Shown here: positions 33,123 through 46,867 of the stretch, piece after piece
How the letters are laid out: each line of letters begins with the position of its first letter
Position numbering within the stretch: position 1 is the stretch's first letter
Assembly (NCBI GenBank): GCA_043228905.1
Contig: JBHGNT010000018.1
Location: forward strand, 2,232,001-2,296,000
Reading direction: 5' to 3'
Source of the DNA: Azolla caroliniana
Taxonomy: Eukaryota; Plantae; Polypodiophyta
Length of the DNA: 64,000 nucleotides
Notes under the pieces: model-generated
Databases searched by the model: none
Seen by the model: only the letters and a program-made list of their open reading frames with translations
Told to the model about the DNA's origin: nothing
Program-made: the position numbers and the translations under genes

Positions 33123-36100
33123 ATGGACGAATCATTTGGCGGCATGTTCAAGCTAACTGGCTCCAACTACTCAGTATGGAAGTCGAAGATGAGGGACATG
33201 CTCGTTGTTAAAGACCTCTGGCTGCCGGTTCAGTTCGGTGACAAGAGACCGGACAAAATCGACGCCGCGATATGGGAGGTGATGCACATGAAGACAACAA
33301 CGTACATACGGTGCTTCATCGACATGAGCCTATACAACAACTTCAATGAAGAGAGCAAGGCTCATGAGCTCTGGGAGAAGATCGGCATAATGTTCGAAAA
33401 CAAAAATGTTGTTTACCAGGTTTCGGTATTCCGGAAGCTAGTAAGACTCCGGTACCAAGATGGCTCCAGCATGGCGGAGCACATGAATGCCTTCCAGGGG
33501 CTGATCCACCAGGCAACGTCATTGGAAGTACCCCTTGCCGACGAGGTACTAGCGCTTCTCCTGCTCGGTTCCCTCCCGGATAGCTGGGAGACGTTGGTTG
33601 TCACTTTGGGCAACGCCGGGCCGGAAGGAAAGCGGTTATCCCTAGCAAGAGTAAAGTCGAGCTTGTTAGATGAGGAGGCGCGTCGGAAAGACAAAGATAC
33701 GAGCTCTGACTCCAAAGCGCTTCTTACCGAATCGGAACGCGGAAGACAGAGAAACCGTAGTCCCCAGAACCGGGAGAAGTCGGGGACACGGTCAAAGTCA
33801 AGGGGAAGGCCTACTTGCTTCTATTGCGGCAAGCCGGGACACTTCCAAAAGAACTGTCGGCATTACCGTAAAGACAAGGAAACCGACGGTACCGATTCGA
33901 AGCAAACCCCAGACCGGAACGGTAAAGACCGGAGGGGGCCGGACCGGAAGGGAACGATGGCAATCACGGCAAGTGAAGAAGAGTTGATGCTCATCACCGA
34001 GGAGAGTGAGATAAACCTTGCCGGCGACGAGATGACCTGGGTGGTAGACTCCGGAGCGTCGTTCAATCTTACCCCGGACCGGAAATGCTTCTCATCCTAC
34101 TCAGCCGGTGACCACGGCTGTGTCAGGATGGGGAACGAAGGTACATGCCGAATTGTCGGCATGGGAGACGTGTGGCTGTCAACACCAACCGGATGCAAGC
34201 TGCTGCTGAAGTATGTCCGACACGTTCCGGAAGTTCGTCTGAACCTGATATCAGCCGGTCGGCTAGATGATGAAGGCTACACGGGTAGCATCCAGAATGG
34301 TGTCATGAAGTTCAACAAAGGGAGTCTGATTGTGGCTCGGGCCCGGAAGGTAAACACATTGTACCTGATGAATGCCCGGTTATGTCCGGAAGAAGTGAAC
34401 GTGGCTTCCGACACTGCCGGTGACCTGTGGCACAAGAGGCTATGTCACATGAGTGAGAAGGGGATGAAGAGGCTTGCAGAAGACAACCTCATTCCAGTGA
34501 AGAACGTGCACTTAGAGAAGTGCACGGATTGTCTGGCCGGTAAGCAGAACCGGACCTCCTTCCGACCAAGGCCACCGATGAGACGTAATGCACCATTGGA
34601 GTTGGTGCATACAGATGTGTGTCAAGTAGACACGAAGTCACATGCCGGAGCGCAGTACTTCGTGACGTTCATAGATGACCACGGCCGGAAGCTGTGGGCC
34701 ACACCATTGAAGACGAAGGATCAGGTGCCATCCGTCTTCAAAGAGCTCCACGCGAGAGTGGAAAGAGAAACCGGCCGGAAGCTGAAGGCGGTTCGAGCAG
34801 ATAACGGAGCTGAATACCGGGGGCAGTTCGAGGAGTACTGCCGCTCGAAGGGAATCCGGCTCGAATTTACCGTGCCGAAGACGCCGGAACTAAACGGACT
34901 GGCCGAGAGGATGAACCGGACCATAATGGAGAGGATCCGGAGTATGCTAGCGCATGCAAAACTACCCAAGAAGTTTTGGGCTGAGGCACTGTCGACGGCG
35001 ACATACGTGATAAATAGATCACCCTCAGTACCCTTGGACGGAGACACGCCACAGAGAGTATGGGCCGGTAAGGAAGTGTCCTACCGGCATCTGAGGGTGT
35101 TCGGGTGTCTCGCGTATGTGCATGTAGCAAAGGACCGGAGAGGAAAGTTAGATCCAAAGACCCGGCCATGCATATTCCTCGGTTACGGTGACGATGAGTT
35201 CGGCTACCGAGTGTGGGACCCGGTCGACAAGAAGGTATTCCGGAGTCGAGATATTATCTTCATGGAGGACAAGACGCTCGCCGACTGGGAGTCGGAGAAG
35301 AAGATAATGAACTCTGAGTCGACCGGTAAGGATAGACTCTACGATGAGCAGACCCAACCGGCAAGAGACCGGTTAGCACTCGAGGAACCAGCCGGTTACG
35401 GTGAGGATACCGAATCGGCAGAAGAAGAAGTAGAGGAAGCTGAGACCGGAACCGGCCAAGACCCTGAATCGGATTTAGATGAAGAGCAAATGGAGGAGCC
35501 GGTTACCGAAGCCCGAAGACCTAGATATCCTCTTAGAGAAAGAAGGGCCCCTCGGAGATTTCCGGATGCAGAGCAGGTTCTGCTGACCGATGAGGGGGAG
35601 CCGAAAAGCTTCGAAGAAGTGAAGGAAGCCACCCACAGCCGAAAATGGTTGAGTGCCATGCAGGACGAGATGGATTCCCTGCATGAGAACCATACATACG
35701 AATTGGTGGAGTTGCCGAAAAGAAAGCGGGCACTCCGAAACAAGTGGGTGTACAAGTTGAAACCGGGAGATGCCGGCAACCCCCCGAGATACAAAGCCAG
35801 GATCGTGGTGAAGGGGTTCCAGCAGAAGAAGGGCGTGGACTTCGACGAGATATTTGCCCCGGTAGTAAAGATGACCTCCATCCGGACAGTGCTGAGTATA
35901 GCAGCAAGAATGGACCTTGAGGTAGAGCAGCTGGACGTGAAGAAGGCATTCCTTCACGGCGACCTCGAAGAGGAGATCTACATGCAGCAACCGGAAGGAT
36001 TTGTGGAGAAAGGGAAGGAGCGCCTGGTATGCCGGTTGAAGAAGAGCCTGTAGGGACTGAAGCAGGCTCCCCGGCAATGGTACCGGAAGTTCGACTCCTT

Positions 36101-36239
36101 CATGACCGACCAAGGGTACCATAAGACGCAGGCCGATCACTGCGTGTTTGTGAAGAAGTTCGAAGGAGGAGACTTCCTGATACTCCTCCTGTACGTGGAT
36201 GACATGTTGATCGTCGGACGAGACCAAGTAAAAATACGG
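33123..36239 (+). pseudogene. Copia gag-pol, 5' part (stop at 36051-36053); continues at 43210-44143
   Basis: MDESFGGMFKLTGSNY, CFYCGKPGHFQKNC, WVVDSGAS, LLYVDDML; homologous to 6890-10882. Confidence 0.94.
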
Positions 36240-39200
36240 TGTCGTGAAGAAAACCGTCCACAAGCGGAATCGGTGCGCCGGAGCATAGCAACTGGCTCTT
36301 CATACACGTACGCCTTATGTTGTACATAGGAGATCCTAGGCAGGCAGATTCGGTAGGTAGGAAGTAAAGGGGAAACGGCTCCTTCTTGGCCTATAAAAGG
36401 AGGGAGACGAGGAGGGGCGAACGGATCGCGGAGAGTCGAGGACGAAGTGCTGTCGGTTTGTGTGCGAAGGCTTCTCTCTCTCTCTGGTTCGCAAACTCCA
36501 TAGCTTCCTTCTGTGCAGGTTTCGGGAGGCTCGCTCTGCTCTGAGGAATGCCCGAGTGCTTCCGGCAGCACCTCCAACCTACTCCTATTTTTCTGCGCGT
36601 TTACGAACAGGTATCGGCATCTGTTCGCCGGCCTGTTCAGTTGTAACCGACTTCGTGTTTTGTTGTCTGTCTTTGTTAATACATACATACATTCGTGTCT
36701 CTCTGTGTCGCTGTCCCACTCGCGTCTTTGTGTCGAAGGGTCGTGTCCCTGTGAATCTACTCTCGCACGTAGTGGGTCTCTTCTCCTTTCTCTCTTGCTC
36801 TTCGGTACAGGACCCTCGAGGTCCCGCCTCATTCCACGCATCCGCGAGGAATACCTCGACATCTTTGGTGAACCCGACGTGAAGGAGGCGGTAGAAGAGC
36901 AGAAGATGAAAGGGTCGGATCTTGCGGAGGCCATGGCTTCGGCCGTGGATCGGATATTGAGCGCACGCGAGGGCTCCAGCGCCCTCGAGAGAGCCATTGA
37001 GGTGGTCGTCGGTACGATCGGCCGGTTTAGCGGAAAGGATGCCACAAAGTATTTGGCGTCCTACGGGGCAGAAATACTAATGCGGGACATTCCGGAAGAG
37101 AGGCGTCTTGCCGGGTTTCCTCGAGTGGCGATGCCGAGCATCCATGCGGAGGTGCTCGAGGTGCGGGCGGAGAGCCGTACCTGGGAGGAGTTCGAAGGCT
37201 GACCCCTGGAAAAATACAGGCTGGACGACGCGCTCCGGCTTTCGAAACGAGACTTCATGGAATGGGTGGAGTCCCCTGGCAAGGGAAGAAACGCGTCGGC
37301 ACTCCTCCGGGAGTTCGAAGAACGCTTTGCACGCCTTTCGGCGCTTGACCGAACCGTTTTGGATACGAGCCGGGTCCTACTGTTCGTCAAGTCGGTGGAC
37401 GAGCGGGACCGGGATCAAGTCAGCTCCTTGCTGGAAACCGAAGACGGGCTGACGACCGATTGGGCTGCGGTTAAGAGAGTCTGTGGCCGTTTCGACAAAC
37501 GGCGAGAATGGGCTGATAACGGGGCGGCCGGTGCGGGGTCTGTCACAGCAAGGAGGCTTGAACTGGCACCGCAAGGGCGAAGGGAAGAAACCCGGGAATG
37601 GCTTGAAACCGGTCCGGCTCCGACCGGCATGGTCAGTGGCTCGTTCGGAGGAGCAGCGCTGGAGGAGTTAACGCGGGCGATAAAGGATCTCTAGATCGCC
37701 CAGACTCGAAGGGAAGGTGGCGAACTGGCTCGTGACCGACGGCCGGCAGCAGGGAACAGGTGCATGTGGTGCGACGAGGTCAGCCACATCCGGAAGGATT
37801 GCGGCGATTTCGCAGAAGCGTTGAGGAATCGGGTGGTGTACCTGTGGGAAGGCCGGGTGCACGCCGGCGACACTAGAAGGGCCCTAAACCGAAACGATGG
37901 ACGAGGAGGTATGAAGAGACTGATGGAAGAGGCAGCGGCCTGACACGTGGAGGCCATCCACTACTCGGCGTCGGCCGGCATTCGGGTTGGGGACAGCGAG
38001 GCCCGAAAGGAGGGAAAAGACGGATTCTGGTCGGCAATGCTGGAAGGTCTTGTTGGCGCACGGCTAAGGAAAGACGAAACGGACCGCGCTGAGAGACGGG
38101 TCCGGGAAATAACCGGGTGGAGCGATCCGGTCGAGGAGAAGACGGGTTTCGTAGAAGCCGCTTGCCGGAACTACGAGGCTCTGGTAGAAGACAAGCGAGT
38201 GGGGAAGCCGGAGCGGCCGGGCCCTCACAACGGTACGAGACCCGATTCGGGCAACGACGGAACGATGCCGGTGGGTCCGGCTCGCAAGATAACCCCAGGA
38301 AGGGCGGATACCGACTGGCGACGGAAATAGAAAGGACTACGGACCTACGAAAGGTCCTAGAAGAACGGATCCTCGACAGCAAAGTGGAGCTGTCATTGCG
38401 GGAGGTGCTAGGGATCACCAAGAAGCAGTTCCACGACTCCATTGTAGACTTGGTGAAACGGAAGAGGCTGTCGACGGAGGCGGAACCGGAAAGACCGGCG
38501 GAGGTGCGGACGACGCACATCGACGACTCGACGTTGGCAGATGAGTGGGTGGAGAGCCACTATTCGAGGCCACACTGGGCCCGAGCGACCACGGAGACCC
38601 CAGTAAAGATCGGAGATGTTCAGGAACTGGTGGTGGCGCTGGTGGACCACGGTTCGGAAATAAACCTAATGTCCATGGACTTCTATAAGAAGGGAAAATG
38701 GCCGATCAACACCAGGCACGGGTGGAAGATACGGGCGGCGACGCGCGCCACCGAGGAACTGCACGGGGCCTGCCCGAATGTGCGAGTAAAGATCGGCGAC
38801 GTTGAGATTGACCAACACTTCTCCGTACAGGAGACGTCCTCGCACCCGGTCATATTAGGGGAACCATACATCACGGCTGCGAGAATGGAGACCAAGGTGC
38901 TAGACAACGGTTCGGCCTACGCAAGGGTCAAAAGCCAGGACAGGCGCCATTCGGTCCAATTTCTGACGGTGCGGCCAAACCACGAGCGAAACCGCGAATC
39001 CCTCAGTGGCGAGAACTGGGAGGATTTTTAGAGAGGGCTGCCAAGGCGTGGGGCCGGGACAGTCCGGACACTCGGGAAAGACCCCACAACTGTACGATAG
39101 AACTGAAACCGAAGGAGCCCTGTACGATAGGTAGGAGATTTTGCTTCTCCGACAACGGAGGGTGTATGATAGTCGGCATCGTTGGCCGAGAAAAGACAAG

Positions 39201-42200
39201 GGCGGAAGTGCAACTTCGAGCGTGCGGAGTTCTCGGCCCGGACGAGGAAATCAGCGGGGCCATGGAGGCGGTCTCCTTCGACGACACCTTGGGGATGCTG
39301 AGGAAGGTTGCCGGAGAAGACCTTAACGAAGCCCGGACGATACCGGTATGTTCCGAAGAGATGTACGAAGCTATCGCGGACTTCAGTCAGGGGCTCGAGT
39401 CGGATCGGATGGCCCGAGTTAGCACGAAGTACAAGACTGTGGACCGGAAGGTAAGGCCAGTTGCGGCACCCTTACCGGAGGGCAGCGAGTCCCGAATCAG
39501 AGGGGTTGCGTCGGACCCCAGTTTACGAGATCCGGCCTGCATAGGACACACCTTCACCGACGGAACGCTCCGGGAGCTCAAAATCGGTGGGGGCGGGTTC
39601 TTACTGCCGGCGAAGGAAGACCGGTTTCGGAGAATGCTCGGAAGGCATGGGAAAGCCTTCGCATTCTCACCGGAAGAGATCGGGTGCGTAGACCCGACGA
39701 TCGTGGAGCCGATGGTGATATTCACGGTACCGCATGTACCGTGGAATCTCAAGCCGATTCCAGTACCGAGAGCTCACATCCTGAAGTTGATGGAGCTATT
39801 GAGGCAGAAAGTCGATATGGGTATTCTCGAACCGTCGAGCGCGCCATACTCGAACCGATGGTTTACCGTACCAAAGAAAAACGGAACATTGCGCTTCATT
39901 CAGGACCTGCAGCCGGTCAACAGAGTGACCATCCGGAACGCAGGAAACGGACCGACCATAGACGAGTTCGCGGAGGCCTTCGCCGGAAGGTCGATTTACT
40001 CGGTCGGTGATCTGTACTCGGGGTACGACCAGTTCCAGCTAGCCGTGGAGAGCAGAGACATTACGACGATGCGAACTCCCCTCGGCCTGGTGCGAATGTG
40101 TACCCTGCCACAAGGAGGGACCAACTCAGTGGCCCACATGGTGAATGCAATGAACAAAGTACTGAGGGATTGCATCCCGGACATCACCATGCCGTTTCTA
40201 GATGACATCCCTATCAAGGGGTGCCCGGTGGAAGAGAAGGACGAGACACTCGGGCCGGACGGATGCCGACGATTCGTGGCAACACACATCGACGACTGCG
40301 AGAAGGTGCTACAAAGGCTAGAGGATGCGAGGCTCACCTTCTCCGGGGAGAAATCGGCCTTCGGGCAATCAGAAATCCTGGTGGTCGGGCACCTATGTGG
40401 ACCATATGGCCGGAAGCCGTCTTCGGCAAAGGTAGAAGCCATCTCCGCGATGAAGACCGACTGTAGCTCGGTTACGGAAGTTCGGAGGTTCCTGGGGGCA
40501 TGCGCGTTCTACCACATATGGATCCTGCATTACGCCCACGTTGCAGAGCCACTATACGGGTTGCTGAAGAAGGGGCGAAGATTCGAGTGGCGAGACGAGC
40601 ACACGGAGTCGGTCCGGAAGCTGAAGGAAGCTCTTGCGGCAGCACCGGCGCTACGGAAGGCTGTCTACGAGAAGGGTAACCCGGTATACATAACGGTGGA
40701 TACGAGCCCGACCGGGATCGGATGGGTCGTCAACCAAGAAGACGAGGACGGCACCCGGTTCCCGATCCGATTCGGCGCTAAGGTCCTCAATGAGCGACAT
40801 CGAGGGTACGCCCAGGTTAAACGCGAACTCTGGGGTATCGTTTAGGCAGTAAAGACCGACAAAGACTACCTGATCGGGACGGAAGTGATTATCGAGACGG
40901 ATTGCCTGCCAATTCTCGGCATGGTTTCCGGATGCGCGACACCGGACCTGGCGATGCTCAGGTGGATAGCGTACATCAAGTCCCTGGACCCGGAAATACG
41001 ACACATTTCCGGAAAAGACAACGCCATGGCCGACATGCTTTCGAGGGCGAGGTTTGATGACGAGGGCGGCATGGTTTCGGAGGACGAAGAAGTCGGCGTG
41101 GACTTCTTCGAGGCGGCGTACGTGACGACCGATGGGGCGAGCACTCCGGCACTTAACGGCTTCGACGAGAGCAAATACGACGGCGAGTGGCTGCAGATCG
41201 GTGGGTTTCTGAGGACAATGACGCCGGATGCGTCATGGACGAAGGACGAGGCCAACCGGATCCGGAAGAAAGCTTACCGATTCTTTCTCCGGGATGGATA
41301 CTTATGGAAGCACCCGAAGAAGAGGAACGGCGTCCCGCTCCGGGTGGTGGCGATGAAGGAAGAACAGGAGGAGCTACTGACGGCCTACCACGACAGCCCT
41401 TGGGCTGGACACCGTGGAACGTGGGCCACGTTCGAGAAGATAAAGGGGAAGTACTGGTGGCCAGGACTGTACCGGGATGTGCATCGGTTCGTGACAACTT
41501 GCGAGAGCTGTCAGATGCACTTCGTAGTCCGACACCAGGACGAGCTTCACCCTACGTACCCTCCGACCATCCACTTCAAATGGATGGTAGACCTGGTGAC
41601 GATGCCGATGGGAGTAGGACAGATGTGGTATCTGGTCCTGGCACGGGAAGATCTGACGAACCAGGTGGAAGGCCGAGCCCTTCAGAACAAAACGACTACA
41701 GCCGTATGTCGGTTCCTGATCGAGGACGTGATATGCCAGTACGGGTGCGTCAGGAAGATCGTGGCTGATCGCGGGGAGTTGGACGCCGAAGAGGCCGAGG
41801 ATCTGTTCGACTGGCTAGGAGTCAAGCTCTCTCTTACCACTGCGTATAATCCGGAGGCGAATGGGAAGGTGGAGCGCGGACACGGACCGATCGTCAAGGC
41901 GTTAGTTCGGGCATGCGGAGGTCAAGTCGGGAACTGGCCGCGGCTGCTGCCTTACGCGTTGTGGGCGGACCGAACTACGCACAGTTCGGTAACCGGATTC
42001 ATGCCGGCAGAGCTCATGTTTGGGCAAAAGCCGATCATGCCGATGGAACGTACGATCTCCTCATGGGCAACCGTGGACTGGAGAGACGAGATGAGCCGGG
42101 AGGAACTGTTGACGGCGCGCATACGACAACTTGAGCGAAGACCGGAGGACGTGGAGCAGGCTGCGGAAAAGCTTCGGGTGGCCAGGACGAGGAACAAAGC

Positions 42201-43209
42201 CCGGTTCGACCGGACGCACCGGCTCCGACCGAAGAAGATCGAGGAAGGCGACTGGGTGCTAGTCTACGACAGCAGCCTCGACAACCAGCACCGAGCGACA
42301 CGGAAGTTCGCAAGAAGGTGGTTCGGGCCTTACGTGGTACAAAGCGCCAACGACAACGGGACGTACCATCTGGCGGAACTCAACGGCACGAGAATGGCGA
42401 TGCCGGTAGCTGGGAAGCGGATCAAAGCGTTCAAGAAGCGTCACGACGACGAGCCGGATCCGGATAACCTGGACCAAGACGACGAACGATCCGAAACCGA
42501 AGAAGAACCGACGGGCGGGAAATAAAGGCTGGACCGGTTTTCTCCGTCCCAACTCAATTTGGCGCATGCTGGTGGATGCGCGGTTAGGTGGGGGCGGATG
42601 TCGTGAAGAAAACCGTCCACAAGCGGAATCGGTGCGCCGGAGCATAGGAACCGGCTCTTCATACATGTACGCCTTATGTTGTACATAGGAGATCCTAGGC
42701 AGGCAGATTTGGTAGGTAGGAAGTAAAGGGGTCCTGGCCTATAAAAGGAGGGAGACGAGGAGGGGCGAACGGATCGCGGAGAGTCGAGGACGAAGTGCTG
42801 TCGGTTTGTGTGCGAAGGCTTCTCTCTCTCTCTGGTTCGCAAACTCCATAGCTTCCTTCTGTGCAGGTTTCGGGAGGCTCGCGCTGCTCTGAGGAATGCC
42901 CGAGTGCTTCCGGCAGCACCTCCAACCTACTCCTACCTTTCTGCGCGTTTACGAACAGGTATCGGCATCTGTTCGACGGCCTGTTCGGTTGTAACCGACT
43001 TCGTGTTTTGTTGTCTGTCTTTGTTAATACATACATACATTCGTGTCTCTCTGTGTCGCTGTCCCACTCGCGTCTTTGTGTCGAAGGGCCGTGTCCCTGT
43101 GAATCTACTCTCGCACGTAGTGGGTCTCTTCTCCTTTCTCTCTTGCTCTTCGGTACAGGACCCCCGAGGTCCCACCTCATTCCACGCATCCGCGAGGAAT
43201 ACCTCGACA
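36240..43209 (+). mobile_element. Full-length tRNA-Trp-primed Ty3/gypsy (copy B, different LTR subfamily); ORFs disrupted (gag-PR 36906-39031, pol 39022-42525)
   Basis: LTRs 36240-36861 and 42599-43209; PBS 36866-36883; 4-bp TSD ACGG/ACAG; removal restores host RT VKIR-MLKKAL in frame. Confidence 0.96.
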
Positions 43210-44143
43210 ACAGATGCTGAAGAAGGCTCTCAACCGGACCTTCTCAATGAAAGACTTGGGCCCGGCAAGACAGATGTTGGGGATGCACATCATTCGGGAC
43301 TGGTTAAAGAAGCAACTATGGTTGTCACAGGAGAAGTATGTGACAAAGGTGCTTCACCGGTTCAACATGTCAGAAGCAAAACCGGTCGGATCGACACTTC
43401 TGGCAAACTGCAAGCTATCCGGTAAGCAAAGCCCGAAGACGAAAGCAGAGAAGGCGGATATGATGAAGATTCCATATGCCTCTGCCGTCGGGAGCTTGAT
43501 GTACGCAATGGTTTGTACCCGACCGGACATAGGATACGCAGTCGGAGTGGTGAGCTGGTTTATGAGCAATCCCGGCAAGGAGCACTGGAACGCGGTCAAA
43601 TGGATACTCCGGTATTTGAAGGGCACTTCAAATATGTGTCTCCGATTCGGCTCCGGAAAACCTCAACTGGACGGTTACACCGATTCAGACATGTCGGCTG
43701 ATGTGGATACCAACCGGTCTACATCCGGGTATGTAATGACATATGCAGGGGGAGCTGTTTCGTGGCAGTCAAGGCTGCAGAAGACGGTTGCATTGTCAAC
43801 CACGGAGGCGGAGTACATGGCGGCTGTGGAAGCCGGCAAGGAAATTTTATGGATGAAGGACTTCATCGGAGAGCTCGGTAAACGGCAAGAGGAATACCGA
43901 CTCTATTGCGACAGTGAAAGTGCCATCCACCTTGCTAAGAATGCGGCCTACCATTCCCGGACGAAGCATATCCAGCGGAGGTATCACTGGATCCGGGAAA
44001 GAGTAGATGACCAGGAGTTCGCACTGACGAAGATCCACACGGCCGAGAACGGGTCAGATATGCTGACCAAAGTGCTGACACCCGACAAGCTAGACGCATG
44101 TCGGAAGAGGATTGGACTGGTAAGACACCCCATGCCAGAGTGA
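43210..44143 (+). pseudogene. Copia RT C-terminus and RNase H (continuation)
   Basis: MKDLGPARQMLG, YTDSDMSAD, STTEAEY, RTKHIQRRYH. Confidence 0.93.
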
Positions 44144-44153
44144 AGGGGGAGTT

Positions 44154-44912
44154 TGTTGGGAGACAGGTCCCTCCGGATGGGAAGGAAGAAGAACAGTGCC
44201 GACGAACAAACCCCAAACCCTAAACCCTAAACGGTATGAGGAGAACCCTGCTACGGAGAGCCGGATGGTGCAGGCCCGGTATGAACCGGATGAGGAGTAC
44301 CCGGCTACGGAGAGCCAGATGGTGCAGGCCCGGTATGAACCGGATGAGGAGTACCCGACTACGGAGAGCCGGATGGTGCAGGCCCGGTATGAACCGGATG
44401 AGGAGTACCCGGCTACGGAGAGCCGGATGGTGCAGGCCCGGTATGAACCGGATGAAGAGACATATTCGTAAATATGTTTCTGAGAGCCCATCGAGGCTAC
44501 ATTTGTAAATAGCCGAAAAGTCATATTAGTATAAATATGACTTAGGGAAAACTTTTAAAGTAGTAGTTGTTACTTTTCTTGTTGGTGCAAGAAGAAGAGA
44601 GTGTACAGAGTGAGAGAGAGAGAAAGAGGTCGTTGCCTCTGTTGGAACCGCTGCCTGTGGCGAAGAGCGTGAGTCCGAGGTCGTTGCCTCCGAGAACTCA
44701 CTGTTTTGTACATTCATACATAGTGGCAGTTTGCAGCCTGTGGGCTGCCGTGGTTTTTCCCCTAGTTTGGGGTTTTCCACGTAAACCTCCTGTGTAGTGT
44801 GTGTGTATCTTCCTCTCCTTTGTATCGTGTTTTATTTCCCGTTTTTTCTGTGTATGAAAAGAATCTCGGTTGTGGCCGAGCGTTGCGCATAGGGAACGTT
44901 GGGTTCCCGACA
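44154..44912 (+). repeat. 3' LTR with four 54-bp tandem units and a telomere-repeat patch
   Basis: gatgaggagtacccggctacggagagccggatggtgcaggcccggtatgaaccg x4 (~44235-44452). Confidence 0.93.
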
Positions 44913-46867
44913 AGAATCGGGGCATGCTCTTTTCCTCCAGCATTGCCCTTGCCGCTTCGACGAGTGTCCGGTTCTTCCTTTCGGCCACACCGTTTTGCTC
45001 TGGTGTGTATCTGCAGCTGAACTCTCGCTGAATTCCCTTATGCTGCAGATAACTAGTGAATTGGCCGGAAAAATATTCCTTTCCGCCATCCTCTCCGATT
45101 CCCGTTCCACCGTCTTCTAGAGGCTCCGGAAACAGTCGAAGACTTCACTCTTCCGCTCAATGAGGTAGATCCAAGTATGCCGAGTATAGTCATCGATGAA
45201 GGAGACGAAGTATCGGCTCCCGCCAAGGCTTACACTTTGTGCCGGTCCCCACACATCCGAATGGATGAGATCGAGCTTGTTACGGCTCCGGTTCCGTTCA
45301 GTGGGGAATGGAAGCCGGTGTTGCTTCCCAAGTTGGCAGGCTTCACAAATTTCGGCTCTATGGCCGCTGAACTTCGGCAAACCGAAAACGACTTGTTTCA
45401 TTTGCAGATCTTGAAGCCTCCAGTAGTTGACATGGCCTATCCGCTTGTGCCACAGGTCGATGTCCGACTCGACCTTCTGTCGTTTCGCGAACAGAGCGGT
45501 GCCAAAGTCATTGGTGTCGAGGATAAACATCCTCCCATCTCTGCGCCCTTGCGCAATGACTTCGCCCTCATCCTCAATGAAGCACCCGAGGTGCGTAAAC
45601 CGCACCTGCATCCCCTGGTCGACAATCTGACCGACGGACACCAGGTTCATCGTGATCGTCGGAACGTGTAATACGTTCATCAGCTTCCCTTTCTGTCTGA
45701 CGTGGCTTAGAGGGACTTCTCCGACGTGCACGATTGGGTGAGGAGTGTCGTCTCCGGTTTCGACTACTCCTGGTTGATCCGGTTTCTCCAGAAAGGAGAA
45801 CCACTCTTTGTGGCTCGTCATGTGGTTCGACGCGCCGGAATCAACATACCACACTTCCTCCGTTTTGGAAGTGGTCTTCCTCATTGAGTTTGCCTTGTGA
45901 TTCATCACCAAGGCTGACCCCTTACCGGCCTTTCCGGTTCCGGATCCTTCTGATCCGTTTGCGTAGTGCGAGTTTTGTCGGCCATCCTTACTGGTCTTGC
46001 CGGATCCGGATTTGTCCGAATCGGCACACTTTCTCCAACACTCGCTTTCCCTGTAGCCTTTTTTCCCACAGTACCAACATTCCATAGCGGATTTCTCTTG
46101 CCGGCCTCCGGCACCGCCTTGACTCCCCCTGCTTGTGGAAGTCTTGGAACTGTTGTCGGCACGTTCATAGTGCCTTCGTTCCTGCTCTTGCCGGACGCGT
46201 CCATTGCGTGCCGACCCACCTCTTCCACCACGCCCACGGAACCGATCCGTTCCCGTGTACAACATTCCGCTGTCCGGGGATGCACTGGTGGATGCATCGG
46301 CGTGGTTCTCCTCTACAAGGAGCATCGACTGTAAGTCGAAGAATGAGGGGTATTCTCCCTTGTACACACCGCAATCCGGAACGCTCCGAACTTGGACGCC
46401 AGGCCTCCGAGACATACCTGCACCATCTCGTCTTCCTCTACGGTAACATTGATAGAGGCGAGCGAGTTGCAGATCTCCTTTATCCGGCCCGTGTAGTCTG
46501 CCACGGACATGTTCTTTTGTCGAACATTGCTCAACTCCTGTCTGAGTTGCAGCTTTCGGGCAGTGGTGCTTGCGGCGAAAACCTTTTTCAGGTTCCCCCA
46601 AGCATCCTTTGGTGTCTTGGCGTCACGGATGTGGCTAAGCAGCTGATCGCCGACACTGGACGCGAAGCAGTACATCACCCTGCTTGCCGCCTGTTCCCAT
46701 ACCGGGAAGTCCTTGTGTGCCGAGTCGGGTGCCACATCATTCGCTCCTTCGACATAACTCCTGTACCCGTGTCCAAGTAGGTACTGGTGCATCTTATAAG
46801 ACCAGGATGCGTAGTTGCTCATGTCGAGCTTCTCCACCGGGAGCGACGTAGCCATGCCTCTATCCAT
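44913..46867 (-). pseudogene. 5' half of copia gag-pol (Gag, knuckle, PR, INT start)
   Basis: LPVEKLDMSNYASW, CWYCGKKGYRESEC, WYVDSGASNHM, LWHKRIGH; frameshift and stop. Confidence 0.92.

Larger units (their letters stand above)
25298..44912 (+). mobile_element. GC-rich Ty1/copia (Tnt1/Tork-like) carrying two gypsy insertions
   Basis: 5' LTR 25298-33092 (split), 3' LTR 44154-44912; TSD AGAAC/AGAAT; PBS-iMet 33095-33107; PPT 44138-44151; removal restores host integrase SMPRF-CWAEAV. Confidence 0.95.

Noticed and set aside
44196-44508. Repeat-peptide ORFs / CRISPR-like periodicity
   Set aside because: Head-to-tail 54-bp LTR repeats without spacers, in a eukaryotic context
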